A DNA stretch of 59,810 bases. Source: Rhodocyclaceae bacterium (GTDB lineage: Bacteria; Pseudomonadota; Gammaproteobacteria; Burkholderiales; Rhodocyclaceae). Both the position numbers and the translations under genes were made by a program. The notes under the pieces were generated by a model. It did no database searches, had not been told where the DNA came from, and saw nothing but the letters and a program-made list of their open reading frames with translations. The stretch is taken from positions 1-59,810 of the forward strand of contig JADLGU010000302.1 in the NCBI GenBank assembly GCA_020849155.1, written 5' to 3'. Below, one piece after another: positions 10,567 to 19,488 of this stretch (positions are counted from its first letter, which is position 1; each line of letters opens with the position of its first letter).

Positions 10567-13500
10567 GCGGACAGTGCGGGCCTTGCACTACGCAGCAAGT
10601 CCCATTTGGCGACGAACAGTGCGATGAAGGCGACGCCGCCGATGATGACGCCCACCATGCTGTGGGCAAGGATGCAAACAGCCAATGCCAGGAACAGCAG
10701 CCAACTGATGGTCAGAAACGCCGAGGACAGCCACTCGAGGTTGCCCTGCCACAGTGCCCACGACAGCATGACAACCGCGGAAATCGCCGCGCCGACGGAC
10801 ATCCCCAGTGCAATGCCGGAAACGCCGTATTTCCCCATCAGAAAAATGGACGCCGCCACGCTGGAAAACTGGCCGATCACCGCCGCGGCGAGGATCCAGC
10901 CGGCCCTCTGGCTGGCTATGGCGAACTTCACGAATACCGCCGTCGTGGCAAAGAAGGGCAGTTGCAGAATGCCGAAGCGCAGCACTCGCGCCACAGCACT
11001 CACGTCCGCCTCGGACATCCGGCCGCCAAGAAACAGCAAGGAGGTAATCTCGGCTGCAAATTCAGCGAAGAACAATGCGAGAGGAACGGTCACGAGGATG
11101 GTGGCTTTCAGCAGGAATGCCAACTCCCTCCTGGCTTCCCGCTTTCGATTGCCGGCGATCAATTGCGCGAAGTACGGCAACACGACCGCCACAAGCAGGG
11201 CCATGCCGATTCCGCTCATGAACTGAACCACCTTGCTCCCCAAAGCCAGCGACGCGACGTTTCCCGTTTCCAGACGGGTTGCCAGCATAACGCCCACCGG
11301 CAGGGCCGTACTGGAAAGAAACGACGCAACGACCAGCACGGGATACTGCTTCGAGAGAAAAGTCGGCTGACGGGCGCCCGACAGGTTTGGCCACAGCGAA
11401 AAACCGAGACGTCTCGTTGCCGCCGCCAGCAGTGCCAGATTGAGTATCTGCCCGATGGCCATACCCGCCACGACCGTCGTGACGCCGAATCGGTCACCCA
11501 GCATCACCAGTCCGCCTATGGCCGCTGCGGGTACCGTCAATTGCGCAGCGGCGGCATAGACCCCCTTTCCAAGCGCATTGAGCACCGCATTGCCGAACAC
11601 CGTTACGCCGCTCAGACCCACCAGCGGCAGCAGCCACAGGCTCAACGACCATGCCTGTCGTGCGGCGTCGCCGGAAATCCGGCTGGCCAGCGCGATCAAT
11701 GCGACAACCCCGAGAACACAGGTGGCGGCGCCGAATATCAGCAGAAGCCGCGCGCTCATGGACCTCACCCAGCGAATCGCAGAATCCTCACCCTCCGACC
11801 GAAGACGGATGAACACCGGCACCACCGCTGCATTGATCGGAACGGCGAAAAGATTGATCAGGAACATGGGCAATACAACCGCCAACTGGAATGCATCGAG
11901 TTCTTGTCCGAGACCGAAATCCTTGGCCATCAAGAGATCGCGGACAAACAGGCCAAGATATCCGACGGCAGTAAAGGTGACGACACCGAGTCCAGCTGCG
12001 GCAAGCCGCCTGCGTCCGATATAGACATCCTCGGCGACGGGATGCGGCGGCAGGTCGCCGTCACCGCGCGTGCGGCGGAACGCCGCGAGTCTCGGCAGCC
12101 ATGCCGTCCAGCCCACGGCGCCCAAGGTCAGCAGTACGAAAAGGAACGGATAGCGAACCCTGTGCAACGTACCGAGGTTGGGCGTGACATAGCTCTCGAT
12201 CGCGAGAAGTCCCAGCGAAATGGTCGTGACCAGGAGCATCCTGATGCTGAGGAACCGCATGAATGCGAAAAGCAGACCCGGAATCATGCAATACCAGACC
12301 GCCGTTTCGAGCACGCCCACCAGACGCGCCGGCGTCATATTTCTCCCCCAGTCTGTCGGAAAGGGCGCGAGCACCCCGATCTGCAAGGCGCGCGGCAGAT
12401 AGCCCAGTGCCTCGCCCGTCGAGCGTGGCATGATGTCCTGGTCGATCATGGAACTTGCGCCGCTTGCCACTCCAAAGGCCAAGTAATTCACGCGAACGTT
12501 GCTGGCCCGTTCGAACAGGCTATCCACCGCGGCCGGCAGGTACTCAGAGCGCCGCCAGGTCCAATCCTTCATTTCAGGTGACAGCGATGCGCTCGGGTCA
12601 AGGTATGGTTGATATTGGACCAGGTCCAGCGAAGAGCCCGGGGCTTTCTGGGTAAGCGCCGTGCCCGCCAGCACCAGCGCGCCCGTGAATACGGCGGCGC
12701 TGGCAGCCACAGCGGTCTTGTCGCGTTTCACGGCGGCGCATAGAACGGCAAACCCGGCCGCGCCCGCCAGGAGGATCATGCCGTGGGGACGCACGAAGGC
12801 CGTCAGGGCGATCCCGGCCAGCGCCGTTGCCGAGGCGGCGACGAGTTTCCCTTCGAGCGCATGGAGCAATGACAAGAGAAAAAGCAAGAATCCCAGAATT
12901 GCATACCCGTCCTTGTGGACCTGGCCGTACCAATTCAGTGCGGAAGGGAAGATGACGAAGAGCACCGCTGCAGCGATGCCTGCATGAAGTCCCGTCATTC
13001 CGGGAACGATGCGGCGGGCAATCAGTATCAGAAGGATGGCGGATGTCGCGTGCAGCAGGGCGTTGACCGGAACGATGAGGGACGGCTCCGGTCCGAACCA
13101 ATAATACAATGCGGCGAGCGCCGCGGCGTTCCCTGTCGCGCTATGCGTCGGCCAGGGCGACCATGACGCCCAGCCCTGTTCCGCAATCGCCTTCGCCAAA
13201 TCCACTGCCACCAAATGAAAATACGCGGAGTCCCCGGAAAGCAGTCCCGATCCGCTATGCATGGACGGCGTGAACGGGAGCAGGAGCTTCTGAAACAGCA
13301 GCGCGGCGCTGGTTGAGTAGGCAAAAAACGCCAGCCAAAGAAATAACAGCAGATGCGCGGTTGTCTTGGATTCCGGCGGAACGTCGAGCCGTTCCGCGCG
13401 TGGATTGCCGATTCCGGAAGTCGACTCGATGATGCGCTCGATATCGTCCTTCGTGGACGCGAGCGAAGTTGTCTTGCCCGCTGACACCAGCGACGCGTCA

Positions 13501-14348
13501 TCCCTGTATCTGGTCTGGTTGCTCAAAACCTGGATCGGTCCGACCAATCTGGGTCTCCGCAGCAGTCCGACCACGAGTTCCACAACCTTGGTCGGCAGCG
13601 GTATCCGCAGGACAAAACGCTCCGTCCTGCTCTCATACCAGGAAACCATGTCAGTCCAGGGTATGTTCTCGGCAAATTGGCTGCATTCGGGCAGCTGGCT
13701 GTCCGGCATGGTCACCAGGCCGACCAGGCATTGCCCCAGCCGGTGCGCGCCGATGCAGCCAAGCGTGGCATTTCTTTGCCCGGGATGGATGAACAATCCC
13801 CAGCGCAGGATGGAGAAGAACCGCTGCAGCACCGTGCCACGCATTCCAATCCCGACGACCGCCGGAACGCGGACGATCGCAAGCCTTGTCGATGAGCCGG
13901 AGAGCTCCTCGCGCACAGCCGATTCGGCGTTCAGTCTGCTGTGTCCGTAGGGGGTGTCGGGGCGCGGCGGCGTTTCGGGCCCGACCAGTTCCTGTCCGTG
14001 TTGACCATAGACCGCAACGGTGGACACCAGAATCAAGCGGCCAACGCCACAGAATGCGGCCGCTTCCGCCAGCTTGCGCGTGCCGAGTTCATGCGTGGCC
14101 AACTCGTCGGGTGACGCCCCGGGAGTTCCCGCGCAGTGCACGACGCAGGAAACCCCGGAGAGCGCTGCGCGGAAATCCGCGGCGGTTGCCGTCGACGGGA
14201 GGGACACCGCGTCAACCCGGTCGCGCAGCGAGGCCGGCCACACGGCGTGATCCCGCCCCAGGGCGCGAACTTTCATACCACGTTCCAGAAGCGCGTCGAC
14301 CAGGTGGGTGCCGACAAAGCCGCTCGCGCCCCAGACAGCCACGATCAT
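10563..14348 (-). CDS. Three-domain fusion: NAD-dependent epimerase + GT-C/Wzy-like polytopic membrane domain + MurJ/MviN-like flippase
   Basis: Uninterrupted 1261-aa ORF. aa ~1-310: GASGFVG/STVAVYG/YGHSR. aa ~330-755: multi-TM with GDSAYF, FPSAL..YGQVHKD, LAPFP, NLGTLHRVRYPF. aa ~775-1255: RDLLMAKDFGLGQELDAF..A..LP and AEITSLLFLGGRMS (MurJ-like). Confidence 0.8.
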   Translation of the reverse strand: MIVAVWGASGFVGTHLVDALLERGMKVRALGRDHAVWPASLRDRVDAVSLPSTATAADFRAALSGVSCVVHCAGTPGASPDELATHELGTRKLAEAAAFCGVGRLILVSTVAVYGQHGQELVGPETPPRPDTPYGHSRLNAESAVREELSGSSTRLAIVRVPAVVGIGMRGTVLQRFFSILRWGLFIHPGQRNATLGCIGAHRLGQCLVGLVTMPDSQLPECSQFAENIPWTDMVSWYESRTERFVLRIPLPTKVVELVVGLLRRPRLVGPIQVLSNQTRYRDDASLVSAGKTTSLASTKDDIERIIESTSGIGNPRAERLDVPPESKTTAHLLLFLWLAFFAYSTSAALLFQKLLLPFTPSMHSGSGLLSGDSAYFHLVAVDLAKAIAEQGWASWSPWPTHSATGNAAALAALYYWFGPEPSLIVPVNALLHATSAILLILIARRIVPGMTGLHAGIAAAVLFVIFPSALNWYGQVHKDGYAILGFLLFLLSLLHALEGKLVAASATALAGIALTAFVRPHGMILLAGAAGFAVLCAAVKRDKTAVAASAAVFTGALVLAGTALTQKAPGSSLDLVQYQPYLDPSASLSPEMKDWTWRRSEYLPAAVDSLFERASNVRVNYLAFGVASGASSMIDQDIMPRSTGEALGYLPRALQIGVLAPFPTDWGRNMTPARLVGVLETAVWYCMIPGLLFAFMRFLSIRMLLVTTISLGLLAIESYVTPNLGTLHRVRYPFLFVLLTLGAVGWTAWLPRLAAFRRTRGDGDLPPHPVAEDVYIGRRRLAAAGLGVVTFTAVGYLGLFVRDLLMAKDFGLGQELDAFQLAVVLPMFLINLFAVPINAAVVPVFIRLRSEGEDSAIRWVRSMSARLLLIFGAATCVLGVVALIALASRISGDAARQAWSLSLWLLPLVGLSGVTVFGNAVLNALGKGVYAAAAQLTVPAAAIGGLVMLGDRFGVTTVVAGMAIGQILNLALLAAATRRLGFSLWPNLSGARQPTFLSKQYPVLVVASFLSSTALPVGVMLATRLETGNVASLALGSKVVQFMSGIGMALLVAVVLPYFAQLIAGNRKREARRELAFLLKATILVTVPLALFFAEFAAEITSLLFLGGRMSEADVSAVARVLRFGILQLPFFATTAVFVKFAIASQRAGWILAAAVIGQFSSVAASIFLMGKYGVSGIALGMSVGAAISAVVMLSWALWQGNLEWLSSAFLTISWLLFLALAVCILAHSMVGVIIGGVAFIALFVAKWDLLRSARPALSA

Positions 14349-15253
14349 CGTTCGTCACCCTTCAACGGCCGCCGGATTCCTTCGGCCAGGCCAGCGAAAA
14401 AACCAGCCACCGGAGCCATGCTTCGGGCCGTCGCAGCCTGAAGCAGCGCCTCCAGGAACAGGCCGGCGACGAGCCATGCGAGCGCGACGAGGGCGCCGGT
14501 TCGGCCCCGTCTCTTCTTGTAGAAGGTTACATATTCGCGCAGCTTGCGCTGCTGACGCTGTCCAAGCCGGGCGCGGTTCACCGGCGACATGTGGTGCGCC
14601 AGGTGCGCGTTCGGGTTGATGAAAAACCGTTCCCCATATCTTGCATGGGCCCGCGTCGAAAAATCGATGTCCTCGAGCATGAAGAAGTCGTTTTCGATAT
14701 CGAAGTGAATTTCCGTAAATACTTCGCGGCGCCAGGCGGACACCCCCCCCGACAACGCATGGCTGGGAATCAGGGCATGGCCGCGCCCCGCGACGAAGCC
14801 ATGCACGCCGACCCTCGGATCTCTGAAAATGCCTCGGTGGAAAACGTGGAACAAGGAGACATAATAGGCCGGCAGCGGCGGCAGGTTGGTCACCACGCCG
14901 CAGCAGCCGAGCATCTCGGGGCGGACGGCGAAGCCGCGCTCGATCTGCTCGAAGTAGTCCGGCGCGAGCACGATGTCGTCCTCGAGGAAGCAGACGACGT
15001 CGCCGTCGGCGCGCCCGGCGGCGGCGCGTTTGGCATCGACCAGCCCGGTGATGGCCGTGTCGTGCACGTAGTCGAGGCGCAGCGGCACGCCGCCCGCCAT
15101 CAGCCCTTCCACCGCAAGGCGGGATTCGTCCCCGGGGCTCTGGTCGACGATCATCAGCGTATCGGGCCGCCGCGTCTGCGCCAGCACGGAAGCGACCGCC
15201 TTGCCGAGATCGACCGGGCGGTTGCGGGTCGGAATGACGGCGGTGAGTCTCAT
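14345..15253 (-). CDS. Glycosyltransferase family 2
   Basis: VIPTRNRP, IVDQS, FLEDD (DxD-like), LEDIDFS. Confidence 0.9.
   Translation of the reverse strand: MRLTAVIPTRNRPVDLGKAVASVLAQTRRPDTLMIVDQSPGDESRLAVEGLMAGGVPLRLDYVHDTAITGLVDAKRAAAGRADGDVVCFLEDDIVLAPDYFEQIERGFAVRPEMLGCCGVVTNLPPLPAYYVSLFHVFHRGIFRDPRVGVHGFVAGRGHALIPSHALSGGVSAWRREVFTEIHFDIENDFFMLEDIDFSTRAHARYGERFFINPNAHLAHHMSPVNRARLGQRQQRKLREYVTFYKKRRGRTGALVALAWLVAGLFLEALLQAATARSMAPVAGFFAGLAEGIRRPLKGDER
14743..14750 (-). repeat. G8 homopolymer tract in the GT2 coding strand
   Basis: + strand ca-cccccccc-g; encodes S-G-G-V in frame. Confidence 0.5.
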
Positions 15254-16977
15254 GCGGTGGCCTCCTCAGCCCGCTGCGGCAGGCCGAGCAGTTCCCGCAC
15301 CGCCGCCGGCGTGACGGGCTGGAACAGCCGCTCGCGCACCGCCGCGCCGGCCGCGCGCCATCGCGCACGCGCCTCGGCGCCGCAGCGGGCATGCCGCGCC
15401 AGCGCCTGCCGCAGATCCTCCGCGCCGTGGCACACCGCCCAGAGCTCGGCATCCACCCAGTCCGGGATCGGGTTCAGGGTTGGCCGCGCGCGCCCGCCGA
15501 CGACCGCCGCCGCCACGCCGTGCACCAGCGCCTGCACGCAGGCGCTGCTGGCGCTGCCGACGAAGCAATCGGCTTCCTCGAGCCGGTCGTCGAGATCGCC
15601 GTCCGTCAGCGTCCAGCCGGGCTGCCGTCCCATCCGGTCGCCTGTCTCGAGCAGGCGGCGCGGGAAGGCGGGATGGGGCTTGACCCGCACCTTCCAGTCG
15701 CGGAAGGCGGCATCGCTCGCCAGCGCGAGGCCGAGCATCTCGAGGATCTGCCGCGTCTCGCCGATCTCGAGCGGCAGGGACACCAGCAGCGTCGTGCCGT
15801 CGTGCCGCGGCTTCGCCTCCGGCAGGCGCCACAGCGCGGCGAAGCGGAAGGCCGGTGCGACGGTAACTTCCAACGCGGCGCAGAATGCCCGCGCCGGCCC
15901 GGCAAACGCGGCGCCCATCACGCCGACGGAGTGCGGCAGCAGGCCCAGCTCCCGCTCCGCCTCGGTGGGAAGCATGCAGAGATAGTTGGCCGAGGCGAGG
16001 AAGCCCTGGTAGCCGATCACCTTCGCCTGCGGATGAAAAGTCAGCCAGCCGGACACGGCGCCATGGTCGATCTCCTGGTTCTCGAACCACTCGACGACGC
16101 GCTGCAGGCGCACGCCGGCCTCGCGCAGGCGCCGGGCGAAGCGGTGGCGCAGCAGGCCCTCGATGCTGCCCGAGCCGCCGAAGGCCTCGGCCTGCGCCTC
16201 GCGCAGCAGCGGACCGATGCGCAAGCCGAGGAAGTCGCACTCGGGCAGGGCGCGCCGGCCGCGGCGGAAATGGCCGAGCGCATAGGCATAGTCACCGAGC
16301 CGCAGGTAGTCCTCCGCCAGCAGCAGGTTGTCGCGGCAGGCGCGCAGGCGGCGGAACAGGAAGAAGGGATTGCGCACCCGGTAGAACACCGGCGCCCAGT
16401 ACACGCGGCGGCGCTCGTCCTCGCCGAGCTGCTCCGTCAGCCCCGGGTAGTGGCGGTCGTGGAAGCGGCCGTCGCGCAGGCTCTCCGGATAGAGGAAGGT
16501 GTCGACCAGCGTGATCGGCTCGGGTGGCAGCGCGCGGCGAGCGGGCGGGCACAGGCGGGCGGCGAGGTAGCGGCCGGCGCAGGCGTAGAGCGCCGCGGCG
16601 AAGCGGCGCACCCGCCCCAGCGTCGCGCGCAGCCGCCAGCGCCGCGGCGACAGCGCGGCGCGCACGCGCACGCCGGAGGGCAGCGCCTCGCGCAGCAGGC
16701 CGGCCATCGCCGGCGTGTCGACCAGGATCTCCGAGATGCCGCCCGCGGCGGCCAGGCGCCGCGCCAGCTCCACCTGGCAGAGGCGGCGGAACAGCGGGCA
16801 GACATAGGTGTTGCGGCTCGCCAGCGGCGTCACCCACCAGTCGAGGTCCGCGCCGTAGGGCGCGCCGAGCCGGCTGACGAATTCGACGTAGGGACGCCGC
16901 AGTTCCGCCGCGATGGCATCCAGCCGCGCCGCATGGTCGCGCTCCAGGCGGACGGCGCCGGTGAGGTCCAGGCGCAT
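15250..16977 (-). CDS. Orphan surface-carbohydrate protein with GT-B-like C-terminus (candidate ulosonyl transferase)
   Basis: 575 aa, translationally coupled to neighbours; WFENQ, VRVKPHP, ADCFVGSASSACVQALVHGV. Confidence 0.6.
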   Translation of the reverse strand: MRLDLTGAVRLERDHAARLDAIAAELRRPYVEFVSRLGAPYGADLDWWVTPLASRNTYVCPLFRRLCQVELARRLAAAGGISEILVDTPAMAGLLREALPSGVRVRAALSPRRWRLRATLGRVRRFAAALYACAGRYLAARLCPPARRALPPEPITLVDTFLYPESLRDGRFHDRHYPGLTEQLGEDERRRVYWAPVFYRVRNPFFLFRRLRACRDNLLLAEDYLRLGDYAYALGHFRRGRRALPECDFLGLRIGPLLREAQAEAFGGSGSIEGLLRHRFARRLREAGVRLQRVVEWFENQEIDHGAVSGWLTFHPQAKVIGYQGFLASANYLCMLPTEAERELGLLPHSVGVMGAAFAGPARAFCAALEVTVAPAFRFAALWRLPEAKPRHDGTTLLVSLPLEIGETRQILEMLGLALASDAAFRDWKVRVKPHPAFPRRLLETGDRMGRQPGWTLTDGDLDDRLEEADCFVGSASSACVQALVHGVAAAVVGGRARPTLNPIPDWVDAELWAVCHGAEDLRQALARHARCGAEARARWRAAGAAVRERLFQPVTPAAVRELLGLPQRAEEATA

Positions 16978-17894
16978 CAGGCCGACTGCGCGCGGGCCCA
17001 GCCGGCGAAGCGCGCCAGCCCCTCCGACAGCGGCACGAAGCGCGTCATGCCGAGCTGCTCGCCGAGCTGCCGGCCGTCGGCGTAGATGCCCGACTGGTCG
17101 CCCGGCGTGCTGCCTTCGACGTACCAGTCCATGCCCGGCACGTGCGGCCGCATCGCCTCGAGCAGCTCGCGCACGCAGGTGCGTCGCCCGGTGCCGACGT
17201 TGATGGCCTGTCCCGCCGCTTCAGCACGGAAGGCCGCCTGCCACCAGGCCTCGACGACGTCGTCGATGTAGATGAAGTCGCGGAAGCGATCGAGGCTGCC
17301 CTTCACCTGGACGCGGCCCGCGGCGAGGGCCTGGGCGAGATAGATGCTGACCATGCCCTGGCGCAGGTTGCTCAGGTCCTGGCCGGGGCCGTAGACATTG
17401 AACATGCGCAGCGCGACGAAGGGCAGCTGCCGGGCGTAGACGCGCAGATAGCCCTCGGCGGCGAGCTTGCCGACGCCGTAGCAGGACAGCGGCAGGCAGG
17501 GGGAGGATTCGGCGATCGGCGCGTCGGGCACGCTGCCGTAGCAGGACATGGAGCTGGCGTAGACGAAGCGGCGCGCGCCGCAGGCGATGCCGTAGCGGAT
17601 CAGGTTCAGCGTCGACACCGTGTTCTTGCGCAGGTCCGACACCGGGTCGTCGAAACTGATTTCGCCGGAGGACTGGCCGGCCAGGTGCAGAATCAGTTCG
17701 CAGTCGCGCGGCAACGCGGTGATGGTGCCCGGCTCGGCCAGGTCGCCCTCGACCAGTTCGACGCCCGGCGGCACGTTCTCGCGATAGCCGGAAGAGAAGT
17801 CGTCCGCCCCGGCCACGGCATGGCCGGCGGCGAGGAAACGGCGCGCCACGTGCGCCCCGATGAAGCCGCCGACACCGGTCACCAGCACCTTCAT
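16977..17894 (-). CDS. NAD-dependent epimerase/dehydratase
   Basis: ATG at 17894: MKVLVTGVGGFIG, HLAGQSSG, SSMSCYG, YGVGK, FNVYGPGQ. Confidence 0.92.
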   Translation of the reverse strand: MKVLVTGVGGFIGAHVARRFLAAGHAVAGADDFSSGYRENVPPGVELVEGDLAEPGTITALPRDCELILHLAGQSSGEISFDDPVSDLRKNTVSTLNLIRYGIACGARRFVYASSMSCYGSVPDAPIAESSPCLPLSCYGVGKLAAEGYLRVYARQLPFVALRMFNVYGPGQDLSNLRQGMVSIYLAQALAAGRVQVKGSLDRFRDFIYIDDVVEAWWQAAFRAEAAGQAINVGTGRRTCVRELLEAMRPHVPGMDWYVEGSTPGDQSGIYADGRQLGEQLGMTRFVPLSEGLARFAGWARAQSA

Positions 17895-18811
17895 CGCTGA
17901 TTTCCTTTCCTGAGCACCGCCACCAGCGTGTCGCAATGGCCGGAGCGGATCAGCGCCTGCCGGTAGGCGTCCTCGATCTCCGCGCCGAGCTGCGGCGTGA
18001 AGCGGCCCATGCCGCCGGGCTTGCCGTCGCGCGCCCAGACCATGTGGTTGGACAGGTCGTAGCGCTGGTCGCGGCGCAATTCCCAGGCGCAGCCGAGCCG
18101 GCCGAGCAGGTGGCCGAGCGAGCGTTCCGTGAAGTACCAGTGGTGCGCCACCGACCAGTAGAAGCGCTCGAAGGCCGGGATGTCGTACACGGTGACGAGG
18201 GCATCGGCGGCGTTGGGCACCTCGCACACCAGCACGCCGCCCGGGCGCAGCAGGTCCAGCTGCGCGCGCAGGAAACCCTCCGGATCGGCGACATGCTCGA
18301 GCACGAAGAAATGCATGACGGCGTCGAAGCCGCCGGCCGGCTGCGCCGCGCGCAGCGCGTCGAGCGAATCGTGGCAGGCGACGCCGCGCGCCCGCAGGTA
18401 GTCGCGGAAGACGCCGGAAGGCTCGATGCCGACGCAGTCGTGGCCGGCCTCGATCAGCGGATACAACATGAAGCCTGAGGAGCAGCCGACCTCGAGCACG
18501 CGGCCGCGCGCCGGCAGCACCTCGTTCAGGTAGCGCAGGCGGCGCGCCACCGTCGGCTGGTTGGCGGCGATGTGCCGCTCGGGCTGCGTCCAGCCGCCGG
18601 CGTCGCCGGAGCGGCCGCTCATGAAGCCCTCGAACTCGGCGGCATAGAAGCGCTGCTCTTCCTCCGGCGACAGGCCGGGATGGAGGAAGATCGCGTCGCA
18701 GGTGCCGCAACAGAAGAAGGCCCGCCCGCCGCGGTCGCCGTAGACATGCGGCGTCACCACCGAGAGCCGGTCGCCGGCGGAGCACAGGGGGCAGCGTGTC
18801 GGCAGGGTCAC
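17891..18811 (-). CDS. Class I SAM-dependent methyltransferase with N-terminal Cys motifs
   Basis: GTG at 18811; CPLC..CGTC, VLEVGCSSG, HFFVLEHV, EVPN. Confidence 0.85.
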   Translation of the reverse strand: MTLPTRCPLCSAGDRLSVVTPHVYGDRGGRAFFCCGTCDAIFLHPGLSPEEEQRFYAAEFEGFMSGRSGDAGGWTQPERHIAANQPTVARRLRYLNEVLPARGRVLEVGCSSGFMLYPLIEAGHDCVGIEPSGVFRDYLRARGVACHDSLDALRAAQPAGGFDAVMHFFVLEHVADPEGFLRAQLDLLRPGGVLVCEVPNAADALVTVYDIPAFERFYWSVAHHWYFTERSLGHLLGRLGCAWELRRDQRYDLSNHMVWARDGKPGGMGRFTPQLGAEIEDAYRQALIRSGHCDTLVAVLRKGNQR

Positions 18812-19488
18812 TGTTTGGCACTCCCCGAAAGCGCCGGCTGCGCCTCGGCCAGGAAGACGGCCAGGCCGGTCAGGTCGGGCAGCACCGGCACGCCGGCAGG
18901 AAAGGGATTCGCGCCGGCGGGGGCGATGCCGAGAAAGGAGACGCCCGCCTCGGTTGCGCCGTCGAAATCCGTCATGGCATCCCCCACCATCAGGAGGCGT
19001 GCCGGAGCCGCGCCGCTGCGCTCGAGAAAATCCCGCAGGATGGCGCCCTTCTTGCGCGGCGCGCCGGCCACGCCGGCGAAATAGTGCGCCATGCCGCGGC
19101 GCGCGACGATGCGGAGCAGTTCCTCCTCGGGCGTGCCGGAGGCGACGAACAGCGGCAGGCGCGCATGCCAGCCCTCGAGGAATTCGCGCGCGCCCGGCAC
19201 CCAGGCGGCGGCGATCACCGCCTCCTCCACCAGGGCCGAGAAGCGCTCGCCCAGCTCGGCCTCCTCCGCCGGCGCCAGGGTGCGGCCAAGAAAGGCCCGA
19301 TGGAAATGGCGGAACTTCTCGAAGCGGGACACGCCGCCGTGGGCGAGGTGCCATTCGACGACCCGCTTCACGACGTCGGCCCCATGGGGCGCGTAGAGCG
19401 CCGCGAAGGCGCGTGTCTTGACATCCACCGATTCGGCGAGCACGCCGTCGAAGTCGAGGACGATGGCGTCGAACCCGGGCGTGCTCAT
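18808..19488 (-). CDS. HAD-family hydrolase/phosphatase
   Basis: DFDGVLAES motif I, VASGT motif II, K, MVGDAMTD motif IV. Confidence 0.9.
   Translation of the reverse strand: MSTPGFDAIVLDFDGVLAESVDVKTRAFAALYAPHGADVVKRVVEWHLAHGGVSRFEKFRHFHRAFLGRTLAPAEEAELGERFSALVEEAVIAAAWVPGAREFLEGWHARLPLFVASGTPEEELLRIVARRGMAHYFAGVAGAPRKKGAILRDFLERSGAAPARLLMVGDAMTDFDGATEAGVSFLGIAPAGANPFPAGVPVLPDLTGLAVFLAEAQPALSGSAKQ

Noticed and set aside
6945-17085. Long plus-strand ORFs (6945-8924, 10233-12581, 13886-15985, 15391-17085)
   Set aside because: Antisense shadows of well-supported minus-strand genes; Arg/Ala/Pro-rich, no motifs, expected at this GC content
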